From positions 5,890,001 through 5,954,000 of the forward strand of contig OX597835.1 in assembly GCA_951406725.2 (NCBI GenBank): 64,000 nucleotides of DNA, read 5' to 3'. Each line of letters begins with the position of its first letter. Positions within the stretch are counted from its first letter, which is position 1. The notes beneath the pieces are model-generated. The model was given only the letters and a program-made list of their open reading frames with translations. It had not been told where the DNA came from and ran no database searches. This document shows, one piece after another, positions 1 to 11,132 of the stretch. The DNA comes from Octopus vulgaris. Lineage: Eukaryota. The position numbers and the translations under genes are program-made.

Positions 1-720
1 TTTGGCACAAGGCCAGCAATTTCAGGGGATGGGATAAGTTGATTAGATCGACCCCAATGCTCAACTTGAATTTTTTTATCGACCCGGAAATGATGAAAGG
101 CAAAGAAGATCGGTGTATTCTGTCAGCTCACCGCCGTAAGATGTTGTCAATACTCCTTCCTATAAATAAAAGGCCTGAAAATTTGAGAAAGCCGAAAGAA
201 CACACTAACAATTCTTCGAATCCTTAGATTAGAAGAATCATTTGTCTAATGGTTTAGTGGAGAGGCACTTCCGCTGCTTGTCTGCTAACTTATTAATCCA
301 ATGGGAGTAGGAGCAGGAAGAGGCACATAACAATATTAGAAATTTCGGGGAACGCTGTAAGTCTATTACATGGACCCTAGTGGTCAACTGGTACTTATTT
401 TATCGGCCACGAAAGACTGACAAAGTCCAAAATCGGCGGAATTTGAACCCAGGACGTAAAGACGGACGAAATGTTGCTAAGCATTTTGCGTAGCATTCTA
501 TCCATTCTGCCAGAGGTGGATGGGAAAACTGGTTTTACATTTTGGGACATTATGAGAGAAGGGTAAGCCGATTACAGCGATCCTAGTGATCAAATGGTAC
601 TTATTTTATCGACCACGAAAGGATGACAGCCAAAGTCTACTTCAGTGGAATTTGAACTCAGAACGTAAAGACGGACGAAATGCCGCTAAGCTCGGCGTGA
701 TAACCATTCTGCCAGAAGCG
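1..720 (-). mobile_element. Three diverged SINE-A copies (about 1-120, 335-512, 540-717)
   Basis: Each carries the reverse complement of the SINE-A core (ttttatcgacc...gaaag...aaagtc; ggaatttgaac in the last two); the first also shows the tail ttggcacaaggcc. Confidence 0.8.
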
Positions 721-1058
721 GATAACAATATCAATGATTGTTAATGTGCAAGCACTGAAGAGAACACATTCCGATGAAAGAGACTGAAGAAGAATTCTCA
801 AAATATATGGAACACTAGCAGACTGATATAAAGTTTAACTTTAGCATGATATCATCCATTATATAAGTATCATAAACGGATCGATATTCGAACTGACACT
901 GTGAATATTGGAAATAGAACATATAGAGAGAAATGAACGACTTCTTGGTAAACCTTCCAGGAGTGGAATTCTAATTATTGATCGGGGGTCGCTAACGCTT
1001 CTTACTAAATAGAATAAGAATACATTAGTAAAAAGGGTCAAAAGTCTGACAAAATATC

Positions 1059-1645
1059 CTTTTCTACTCTAGGCACAAGGTCCGAAATTTTGGGGGAGGG
1101 GGCCAGTCGATTAGATCGACCCCAGTACGCAACTAGTACTTAATTGATCAAGCCAGAAAGGATGACAGGCAAAGTCGACCTCGGCGGAATTTGAACTCAG
1201 AACGTAAAGACAGACGAAATGCCTATTTCTTTACTACCCACAAGGGGCTAAACATACAGGGAACAAACAAGGACAGGCAAAGGGATTAAGTCGGTTATAT
1301 CGACCCCAGTGCGTAACTGGTACTTAATTTATCGAACTCCAAAAAGTATGACAGGCAAAGTCGACCTCGGCGGAATTTGAACTCAGAACGTAAAGACAGA
1401 CGAAATACCTATTTCTTTACTACCCACAAGGGGCTAAACATAGAGGGAACAAACAAGGACAGGCAAAGGGATTAAGTCGGTTAGATCGACCCCAGTGCGT
1501 AACACGTACTTAATTTATTGACTCCAAAAAGATGAAAGGTAAAGTCGACCTCGGCGGAATTTGAACTCAGAACGTAACGGCAGGCGAAACACTGCTAAGC
1601 ATTTCGCCCGGCGTGCTAACGTTTCTGCCAGCACAGCGCCTTATA
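1059..1645 (-). mobile_element. Young trimeric SINE-A insertion with 14-bp TSD
   Basis: TCTGACAAAATATC at 1045-1058 and 1646-1659; head aaggcg..ctggcagaaacgttagc, B-box GAGTTCAAATTCC, core gtcgactttgcc..tcat..ttt repeated three times at about 185-bp period. Confidence 0.9.
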
Positions 1646-2169
1646 TCTGACAAAATATCAGGTGGAATTATGTATGCTTACGTTCCGTGTTCAAACTCCA
1701 CTGTGTTCGATGTTACCGTTCGTTCTTCCTGCATGTAATGAAAGAAGTACACGCTAAGGAATGATGTGTTAACCAAAAACAGCGACATTCTCTCTGAAAG
1801 GTTGCTACATGTTTTCTATCAAACAGTTTTCACTCAAAAAGGTTTAAGTCTCCCCAAAGCCGAGCCAGCTGACACTTGCCCAAGATTCCAAGCGCTAGAA
1901 TTCAAACCGAAGTCTCATGGCAACAAAACAAATAAATAGTAAAGATTTCCAGGATAGGATCGAACTTGGAATACAAACTGGCAAAAATATTAATTTCTAA
2001 CATTGATACAAATCTTGGAAGAGATTTTAGCTGCTTGGCTCCTCACTAAAGAAAAGTTGAGGCCTCGTATCTATGTTAAGCACCAATCTTAGGGAAGGAA
2101 AACCTTTTATGAAATACTAAATCGTTTGATTTATTTTTATACGTTACGCACTCGGCCTAATAAAACGAG

Positions 2170-3125
2170 AGTGGAGAGTGTTAGTCTGTTAGATAGACCC
2201 CAGTTCTTTATTTTATGTAATAAATGGAAAGTTGACTACAGTGTGATTTGAACTCAGAATGCAAAGAGACGTAACACATACTAAAAGTTATTTTCCCTGA
2301 CACTCTAGCAATTCTTCTTAACCCCACTCCTTATTAGAGACATAATGATATATATATATAAAACTAGATATCTGCTCTAATTTAGAATAACACAATATAA
2401 CCTGGGTGCTGTATCAAAATATCATAAAACCGACTTAATGATGTAATAATTATAAATTATCCGTAGACTGTACATGTGACCCAAATCCTTGTAACAGAGT
2501 CGGATGCTCTCAAGGCTTCTGGAAACCAGGTGGGAGATGAAGGTTAATGTTAAAATGTACCAAGGAATAATTTGTTTCCCAAAAGTAACGACATCCTCTC
2601 AGACGGGTTTCTACACATTTTCTATCAAAACTGAGCCAGATGACAAGTGCTCAAGGTTCCAAGCAGTGGCAAGGAAACATATAAATAGTGAAGGTCACTT
2701 GGACAGGATCGAACTAGGAATACAAATTGGCAAAACTATTGATTTCTAACATTGATACCAACCTCTAAATTTGGACTCGGGGTGGGAGAGGGGATTAACT
2801 CAACCCAGTACACGGCTAGTACTCTATTTCGCCGACCTTGGAAGAATGTAAGACATAGTCAGCCTGGGTGGGATTCGAACTCAGATGGTTAAAGATCGTG
2901 AGACGTCCAATCGACTCTGCCAGTTCACCGTTCTAATTACCGTAATATTGGTTTCAAATTTTGAGCACATCAAACCCCAATGTTCAACTGGTCCTCTTTT
3001 TATGCGCTCCAAAAGAATGATAGGCAAAGACGACGCTGGTGGTGTTTGAACCCTGATCGTAAAGACGGGCGAATTGCAGCTAAGCATTTTGTCCGGCGTG
3101 CTAACGATTCTGCCAGCTCGCCTTT
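2170..3125 (-). mobile_element. Diverged SINE-A copies (about 2170-2320, 2765-2925, 2955-3125)
   Basis: Recognisable core tt(t/c)gaac and head ..ctgccag segments. Confidence 0.7.
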
Positions 3126-3792
3126 TTTAAGTACCATAATATCAATAAGTGTGACCATAAATCAACACAACTCACACATCAACAACTACTCTATGAAATT
3201 ACTAGTAAACAACAGTTGCGCAACCCACACAGTGCTTATCCACCCACTCCTACGCCGCCGACACAATCACCACCCAATAATATATCATACACTTACATAA
3301 TCGACACCTGATAACATAACACACCCCAGCACCACCACCACCACCACTCACACAACACCCACATTCAACACAATCACCTGTCAAAGACATAAAGCAATTT
3401 ACCTCACCCACCACTACCACCAACACTATCGCATTCCACAACACTCCATATTCTCATTCACCACTTAATACTAAAATTTAACACATCAACCCACACAACC
3501 CACACCCTTCAATGTTAAAATACTCAACAAAGCACCCAGCCCCTCTCCTCACGATTTAATTACGAGGCATCGGCTTTTACATAACTCTTGCAACATTTGT
3601 TTAGCTCTTTACGTTCTGAGATCAAATCACGCGCTGTTCAACTGTGCCTTTCGTTTTCCCAGGACCGATAAAATTAAGAATACTAGTCAATTAGTGAGGG
3701 CCGGTCCTGTGCCTGTTTTGGGAATCATTATATAAGAAAACATCATCATCATCAACAACAACAACAACAACATCATGTTCATCCATGTTCTT

Positions 3793-4088
3793 GTCGAGCA
3801 TTCCGTCAGTTACGACGACGAGGGTCCCAGCTGATACGATCAACGGAACAGCTTGCTCGTGAAATTAACTTGCAAGTGGCTGAGCACTCCACAGACATGT
3901 GTACCCTTAACGCAGTTCTCGGGGAGATTCAGCGTGACACAGTGTGTGACATTTTTGCCAGCTGAGTGAACTGGAGCAACGTGAAATAAAGTGTCTGGCT
4001 CAAGGTCACAACGCATCGCCGGGAATTGAACTCCCGACCTTACGATTGCGAACTGAATACCCTAACCACTAAGCCACGCGCCTTCACC
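3793..4088 (-). mobile_element. SINE-C (tRNA-derived, CORE-like), tail type 1, 11-bp TSD
   Basis: Minus strand starts gtgaaggcgcgtggcttagtggttaggg (A-box), gagttcaattccc (B-box), gttgtgaccttgagccagacacttt; TCCATGTTCTT at 3782-3792 and 4089-4099. Confidence 0.88.
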
Positions 4089-4549
4089 TCCATGTTCTTA
4101 CATCCCCCTTGTCATGGTCATCATTAGCATCATCACCATCACCATCACCCCATCACCAGAATAAACGTCAATGCTACAACACCATCAACTCGCACAAACT
4201 CACATACCACACTGTCACCACCTGCACAGCACAGGGTCTGTACAATCATCACCTGGCACCAATAAAACTCGAAACGACCCATACATCACATCATGCGCAA
4301 AACACAAACCCCATCCAGCAAAATCAAACAACCCATGGGACATAACAACAAAGGGTCCAAACATTAATATAACACCAAAACCAATAAAATAAATAAACGA
4401 ACCGAAACCCAACTGATGTAGAACGCAGACAATTCTAAAGCCATAAAAGTGACCAGACGGGTAGACCGGGTGGAGTGAGTAAAAATTTGAAGGAATCTGT
4501 CGAAAACATAACAGTAATGATGTTGATTTTATATATAATCGATTCCGAA

Positions 4550-5063
4550 TTAGGGACAGGGTTACAAATTTCTGGGGGAGGGGTCAGTCGATAGAAGTTG
4601 ATCCCGGAATTGACCAGTCTTTATTGACTCCGCAAGAATGAAATATGTTGACCCGGCGTTATTTGAACTCAAAATGTAAAATCAGGGATAGTTACAGCAA
4701 AGAGTTTGTTCTGACGCCTTAACAGTTCGACCAAGCTGTTGCTTATCGTAGTGATCCCTAATTTCGGCAGAAAACAAACAATTTGGAAGGAGGCGGAAGT
4801 CAGTCTCATCCACTGACCTCAGCGAGGTCTGTTAATTTATTTTTATCGACCCTGGAAGAATGAGATAGTAAGTTGACAACGTCGAGATTTGAACCCACAA
4901 CTTAGAGTCATACAATTTTGCTTTCCGGTCTAAAGGTTCTGTCAATGCAACTACTTTAATAAAAATAATAAGTAAAAATCTTTTGACGCAGGATCTGCAA
5001 TTTCAGTGGTTGGGGTTAATCGGTTATATCGACCCCAATACTTGACTAATATTTCATTTTATC
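4550..5063 (-). mobile_element. Old SINE-A copies; the last is interrupted at 5063 and resumes at 5922-6015
   Basis: Degenerate cores at about 4660 and 4885; ttttatc|gaccc junction split by the plus-strand insertion. Confidence 0.65.
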
Positions 5064-5905
5064 AAGGCAGCGAGCTGGCAGTAATGTTAGTTCAAATTCC
5101 GCTGAGGTCGACTTTGCCTTTCATCCTTTCGGGGTCGATAAATTAAGTACCAGTTACGTACTGGGTCGATATAATCGACTTAATACCTATGTCTGTCCAT
5201 GTTTGTCCCCTCTATGTTTAGCCCCTTGTGGGTAATAAAGAAATAGGTTATATCGACCCCAATACTTGACTAATATTTCATTTTATCAAGGCGGCGAGCT
5301 GGCAGTAATGTTAGTTCAAATTCCACCGAGGTCGACTTTGCCATTCATCCTTTCAGAGTCGATAAATTAAGTACCAGTTGCGCACTGGGGCTGATCTAAT
5401 CGACTTAATACCTATGTCTGTCCATGTTTGTCCCCTCTATGTTTAGCCCCTTGTGGGTAATAAAGAAATAGGTTATATCGACCCCAATACTTGACTAATA
5501 TTTCATTTTATCAAGGCGGCGAGCTGGCAGTAATGTTAGTTCAAATTCCGCTGAGGTCGACTTTGACATTCATCCTTTCGGGGTCGATAAATTAAGTACC
5601 ACTTGCGTACTGGGATCGAGCTAGTAGACTGGCCCCCTCCCCCAAATTTTCGGGCTTTCTGCCTAAAGTAGCAAAAAATATTTAAGGCGGCGATCTGGAA
5701 GAAACGTTAGCACGCCGGGTGAAGTACTTAGCAGTATTTCGTGAATTTACGTTCTGAGTTCAATTTCCACCGAGGTCGACTTTGCCATTCATCCTTTCAG
5801 GGTTGATAAATTAAGTACCAGTTGCACACTGGGGCTGATCTAATCGACTACACTCTTCACACACACGCCAAAACAATTTCGTGCCTTGTGCCTAGTGTTG
5901 AAAAG
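5064..5905 (+). mobile_element. Composite of four SINE-A units (224/225-bp tandem x3 plus one monomer), 16-bp TSD
   Basis: Units start at 5022, 5246 and 5471; extra head aaggcgg at 5684; AATATTTCATTTTATC at 5048-5063 and 5906-5921. Confidence 0.88.
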
Positions 5906-6189
5906 AATATTTCATTTTATCGACCCTGGAATGATAAAAGGTAAAGATGACCGTGGTAGAATTTGAACAGAGGACATGAAGTTCCAGGAGAAAAGCCACT
6001 GAACATTCTGCCCGCTCGTTATCACAAATAGCCAACAATTAGAACTGTATAGCTGGTTACGTTAACCACAGTATATAACTGGTATATAACTGCTCGGAAA
6101 GGATGACACCAAACAATATATAATGATAATATAGTAACAGCACTAATAATATATATATCATAATATCGATAAAATATCATATAATATGT

Positions 6190-7215
6190 GATTCAAATTT
6201 TAGCACAAGGTCAACGATTGCGAGGAATGGAGTAAGTCGATTACATCGACCCCAGTGTCATACTGGTACTTATTTTATCGGCTCCGAAATGGCGAAGGGC
6301 AAAGTCAACCTCGGTGGAATTTGAAATCAAAACATGAAGAACGGATAAAACCCTGCAAGCGTGCTAACCATTCTACCACTCTGCTGCCTTGTATCACAGT
6401 ACAATACTAATAAAATATCATAGCAACCATATTAAAATTGGGATCAAATTTTGACAAGAGGCGAGTATTTTCGGGGGAGGTGGGATGATTCGATTACATT
6501 GACCCGAGTGTTTAACCAAGTGCTTATTTTATTGACCCCCGAAAGGGTAAAAAGTAAAGTCGACCCCAGCAGCATTTGGACGCAAGCAATAATAATATTT
6601 TCTATTATAGGCACAAGTCCTGTCATTTCGGGGAAGTGGTAAGTCAAATACATCGACCCCAGTGCCCAACTTGTATTTATTTTATCGGCCCGAACGGATG
6701 AAAGGTAAAGTCGACCTCGGTGGTATTTGAACTCAGGTTATAATATTGATAATCAATTAGCAAAACGCAACAAGAATTGTTTCAAACACAGATACGAGAC
6801 TGGAATTTTTTGGTGAATGAAAGATTGTCAATTATTATTAATCTCAGTATTTTGTTGGTATTTTATTTTATCGACCTTGGAGTGATGAAAAACAAAATTG
6901 ATATCGGTAAGATTTGAACTCAGATTGAACTCAGAGCCTGCACAAATACTGCAAGGCATTTTGTTCGACGCTCTAATGATTCTGCCTGGTTAACAACAAT
7001 AACGGTTTGAAACTTTGGTACTAGGGCCAGCAATTTGGAGAGGAGGGTGAAGTCAATAACACCAACTCCAGTATTCAACTGGTATTTATTTTATCGACTC
7101 CGAACGTATCAAAGACAAAGTCGACCGCGGTGGAATTTGAACCCAGAACATAAAGACAGACGAAATGCTGATAAATATTTTGTCCGGCGTGTTAATGGTT
7201 CTGCCAGCTCGAAGC
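6190..7215 (-). mobile_element. Head-to-tail run of five SINE-A copies
   Basis: Repeated tail (..cacaag..) plus core tttat(c/t)g(a/g)c...aaa(g/a)t at about 6200, 6450, 6610, 6790 and 7015. Confidence 0.8.
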
Positions 7216-7851
7216 CTTAGCACCAATAACAACAATAACAGATTCTCCGAAGGTAGAATTTTTCTAACGGAAAAGTTTATAAAGGCAACAAACCAATAAC
7301 TAAGTACTAAACATCATATATATTTTGTTGAAGGTGTGTACCCTGATCACATGGGTGACGGATGAGGGTTTTTTTTTTAATAAAATAACAAAATATGAAA
7401 ACTATTGGAACGCACATGGAAGGGATCTCACTTATTGATTTCATTTCATAGTATACGGGATGATATGAACCTTAGATCTATATAAAACGACGTAAGTTAT
7501 TTTATTCTACAGAGGGGTCATTTATCAAGACACAATCAAAGAAACCCTTGGATTCAGGGCTGCTCTTTCTAGCGAGGAAAAAGTGCTCTGAACAAACTGT
7601 ATAAACGAGTCAGTTATATTTTTAGCATGATGCAAATGAACTCGTTCACCCGAGCATCCCCCTCCCGAGTGACTTTCACTCACCTTTCAATACAAACGGT
7701 GGAGAGCAGCAACTACCTCTCCCAGTGAAAGTTTTTCAGAGTTGATGAGTGCAAGGCTGGAAAGGAGCAGACACGCATCTACCAGAAAATGGGACACATG
7801 TATAACGAAATGGAAAGTTGACGGGGACATGGGCTTCAACTTAATATCTTC

Positions 7852-7872
7852 TATTAATATTATTATTATTAA

Positions 7873-7915
<43 letters not shown>

Positions 7916-7992
7916 TAGTGAGATAGCAGTGCATGCCATTAAAGTGACACTGGGGTAAAATATACGAAGCCCAGTATTATTATTATAATCAT

Positions 7993-8051
<59 letters not shown>

Positions 8052-8058
8052 GTAGTAG
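7852..8058. repeat. (TAT)n and (TAG)n microsatellites around a 60-bp non-repetitive insert
   Basis: Directly visible; insert about 7916-7975 is probably a retroelement remnant. Confidence 0.85.
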
Positions 8059-8772
8059 CAAAATCACACCAGTTTTCGAATGGGATGCGAATAATAAAGA
8101 AATGTTACAAAATGCAATAAAAAAAAAATGAAACAATAATATAGAGAGGAAAAAAATAATGTTTAAATTAAAAAAGAAAACAATTTTTTTGAAGATAAAA
8201 AAAAAACAAACAAACAGAAAGAAGAAGAAGAAATGTAAAAGAAAAAACAAGAGTAAAAAGAAAAAAGAAAAAGAACAAGGAAAATGTTGGGGTTTAAAAG
8301 TTTGTATTTATAAATAAATAAATCGAACTTACATTGGAATGAGCGGCTTGGAATTTTTTTGTTTTTTTTTATGTTTTTTTGTTTTTGCAAAATAGCTTCG
8401 ATAACAAATGTAGGCTTTAACTCCATATACGATTCAATATACACATCTTTTTTTTTTGGCATAATATAACCACATATATATACACACACATATATATATA
8501 TAAACATATATATATACACATATATATATATATATAAACACAAATATATACACACATACATACATATACATACACATAGACATATATATTTATATATGTA
8601 CATATATATACATGGGTATATATATCTATATAAATACATACATTTATGTAGACATAAATATGTGCACAGACACATACAAGTACAATGACAAGAACATCAA
8701 CATCACATACATGCGCCCTTTAATAGTCTCCTGATTATTTTTCGGGGTTTACGCTTTACTTTGGACCAACTG

Positions 8773-8778
8773 TTTATT
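8773..8778 (-). promoter_or_regulatory. Candidate proximal polyadenylation signal AATAAA (distal candidate at 7501-7506)
   Basis: TTTATT on plus strand about 70 nt after the stop codon; the hexamer is common in AT-rich DNA. Confidence 0.3.
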
Positions 8779-8846
8779 GACAAAGCAGAGACGAACACAC
8801 ATAAATATCGACAGACGCATAAACATAAGATAAATTGCGAAAGAAT

Positions 8847-10064
8847 TCACAATATTGTCACCTGCTCTGAAATAAGGCGGGTTTTGCTGTCCTTTCGACT
8901 ACCATTCTGTGTGATTGTTTTCGACGTAGAATTTGTGGAGACCGTCACTTCTTTGTTGTTTGGTGCGTACGTGTAACCATCGTCGTTGGCTGTATAAGAA
9001 TTAGGTAAAATCACTCGACGGAAAGCTTCCCGAAAGTCCGTGTTGAATATGCTATAAATGATAGGATTTAGGGAAGAATTGGCGTAGCCGAGCCAGGTAA
9101 GAATCTTAAAGGCCAATGGAGGGATACAAGTCTTGCATGCTGCAGAAGTTAGGTTCACTACGAAAAATGGGGTCCAACACAATAGAAAGACGCCCATTAT
9201 GATCCCTAACGTAATCGCGGCTTTGTGGTCGGATAAGGACCCGTCGTACCTCTCGCAGGCGTACGTTCGTCGTATGTTCCTGACGTGTTGCTGAGCCGTA
9301 CTGTATAATTTACAATAGATTGACAACATGACTATACAGGGGATGATAAAACTGATGGTGGAGGAAATCACAGCATAGATGGGGTTAATGTCGAGGTCAC
9401 AGCCTGTCCGTTGAGTCGAAGCGGCATCTGGGCTGTGCCAACCGAGATGGATTGGTAAGAAAGAGATGAGAAACGAACAAACCCATACTACGCTTATGAT
9501 GATTGCTGTCCGTTTCTTTGTCATCCAGTTTTCATAATGTAAAGGGTCACGTATGTGGATGTATCTGTCCAAACTGATTGCGCAAAGATTCAATATGGAA
9601 GCTGTCGAACACATCACATCTAGGGATATCCAAACGTTGCAGAAAGGCCGCCCGAACACCCATTCTCCCATGATATCGTTGGCCAGAGCAAATGTCATCA
9701 CCAACAAAGACACCAAAAGGTCCGCTATGGCAAGAGATACGAGGTAAAAATTTCCGATTTTCCGCATCTGTTTCACTTTGAACACGGCAACACATACCAA
9801 ACTATTTCCAACAACCGAAACTAGAATCATAATTGATAATAAAAGTCCAATAATAATTGTTTTGGTCGTGTTAGAATGATTAGATTCCTCTGGAGAGTTG
9901 ATATTGTTGTTGTTAGTGTTGCTGTTGATGTTGTTGTTGGTGTTTAAAACGATGTTCTCAGTTGTATCATTGGAATCCAGAAAGTTTGAATAGTAATAAT
10001 AATCCTCGACATTCGGGTCACTGTCAAAAAAGACAGATATATTCACTGTTGCATTTAACAACAT
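8847..10064 (-). CDS. Dop1R1: D1-like dopamine receptor (invertebrate Dop1/Dop1R1 type), class A aminergic GPCR, intronless CDS, 405 aa
   Basis: Uninterrupted ORF with 7 hydrophobic segments: TM1 GN, TM2 LAIADL, TM3 DVMCSTASILNLCAISLDRY (amine-binding Asp plus DRY), DRYIHIRDPLHY and SDHKAAITLGIIMGVFLLCWTPFF typical of invertebrate Dop1 receptors, TM5 catechol serines (ISSTIS), TM7 NSSLNPIIY, helix-8 FNTDFREAF (D1-type FxxxFxxxF), short third loop. ATG at 10064 with in-frame upstream TAA at 10118-10116; the ORF track starts one codon earlier at GTG. Confidence 0.93.
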   Translation of the reverse strand: MLLNATVNISVFFDSDPNVEDYYYYSNFLDSNDTTENIVLNTNNNINSNTNNNNINSPEESNHSNTTKTIIIGLLLSIMILVSVVGNSLVCVAVFKVKQMRKIGNFYLVSLAIADLLVSLLVMTFALANDIMGEWVFGRPFCNVWISLDVMCSTASILNLCAISLDRYIHIRDPLHYENWMTKKRTAIIISVVWVCSFLISFLPIHLGWHSPDAASTQRTGCDLDINPIYAVISSTISFIIPCIVMLSIYCKLYSTAQQHVRNIRRTYACERYDGSLSDHKAAITLGIIMGVFLLCWTPFFVVNLTSAACKTCIPPLAFKILTWLGYANSSLNPIIYSIFNTDFREAFRRVILPNSYTANDDGYTYAPNNKEVTVSTNSTSKTITQNGSRKDSKTRLISEQVTIL

Positions 10065-10819
10065 CACTTCGAAATGAAAAAAAAAATGGAAAAAAATATA
10101 TTTGTGTTTTTTTGTTTAAATTTGTTTATGTGTTTTGTGTTTTTAATCTTTTTTGTTTGTTTTGATTTTTTCTTTTTATAATTTTGTGTTATAATATTTC
10201 GGCTGTTATAATTTATGTTGAAAAGGAAGAAAAATTGTTAGGCTGTTGTTTTTTCTGTTTTTTTTTTTTAAATATGAATAATCACAAGTGACATAGAATT
10301 TATAAAAACAAAATTAAATAAACAAGAAATGTTGTGTTGAGAAATATGTATTGTGACCGATCGACCGAACAGGAACAGACTGGTAAGCACTCATACATAC
10401 ACACACTCACACACACACACACGCACACTACACGCACACATACACACGCATACAGTTGAAAAAGTTGGTGCCAGTCCCACTCTTACTGTTACACTGATCT
10501 CATGGCACCGTTTGCTATTGTAGTGATATGCCAAACTTCATCACGTAACACTTAGCTATTGCTTTAGACTTCACAACACTGCAAGTAGCCGACGCAAACC
10601 GACTTCTCGGTCCCACCTCTTCGAGAACTTAACCAATCTTGGAATTCTTCCATTTTATGCCGGCATCAATTGTGGATTTGTCAGTGGGAGAATGTGTGTG
10701 AGTGTACGTGAATACGTGTGTGTGTGTGTGTCCGATTGTTTATCTCTGTGTCTGTGTGTAAGCAAGGATAGGCGACTGTAGTAGATGTGAGTCTGAGCAG
10801 TCGTTGCCCCGTGTGTGGT

Positions 10820-11030
10820 TTATTTCGCACGTGTGAGCATGTGCGCTACGTCGCGGTGGCGGCGACAGCGTGTGTACGTGTGTGCGTGTGTGCGCCTGCG
10901 TGTGTGTGTGTGTGTGCGTGTGTTGGATATGAACTACGTATGTGCCTGAACGGGTCTGCGTCAGCACAGCGATACGTCAACGTGTGTGTGCGTGCGTTCG
11001 ATATGTAGAAAAGTTGTGCTTTTATATAAT
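10820..11030 (-). promoter_or_regulatory. CpG-richer candidate promoter segment of the receptor
   Basis: TATATAAAAG on minus strand 11028-11019; CRE-like half sites TGCGTCA 10957-10963 and TACGTCA 10973-10979; E-box CACGTG 10828-10833. Motif-only evidence. Confidence 0.3.
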
Positions 11031-11095
11031 TTGTTGAACAGGTGAGTAATTTAAACATATTATAAAAAAAAAATACGAAGGGAATTTATCAGTTT

Positions 11096-11132
<37 letters not shown>

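Noticed and set aside
3130-4410. His/Thr-rich short ORFs
   Set aside because: Low-complexity CA-rich DNA interrupted by SINEs; no recognisable domain.
5022-5690. Regular repeats that might suggest a CRISPR array (also 49121-49505)
   Set aside because: Whole units repeat with no unique spacers, there are no cas genes, and the context is an animal genome.
8460-8640. Multiple Pumilio-like UGUAUAUA motifs in the presumptive 3' UTR
   Set aside because: Expected by chance in (TA)/(TG) microsatellite DNA throughout the window.
10065-10067. GTG start given by the ORF track
   Set aside because: Eukaryotic gene with an in-frame ATG at the next codon.
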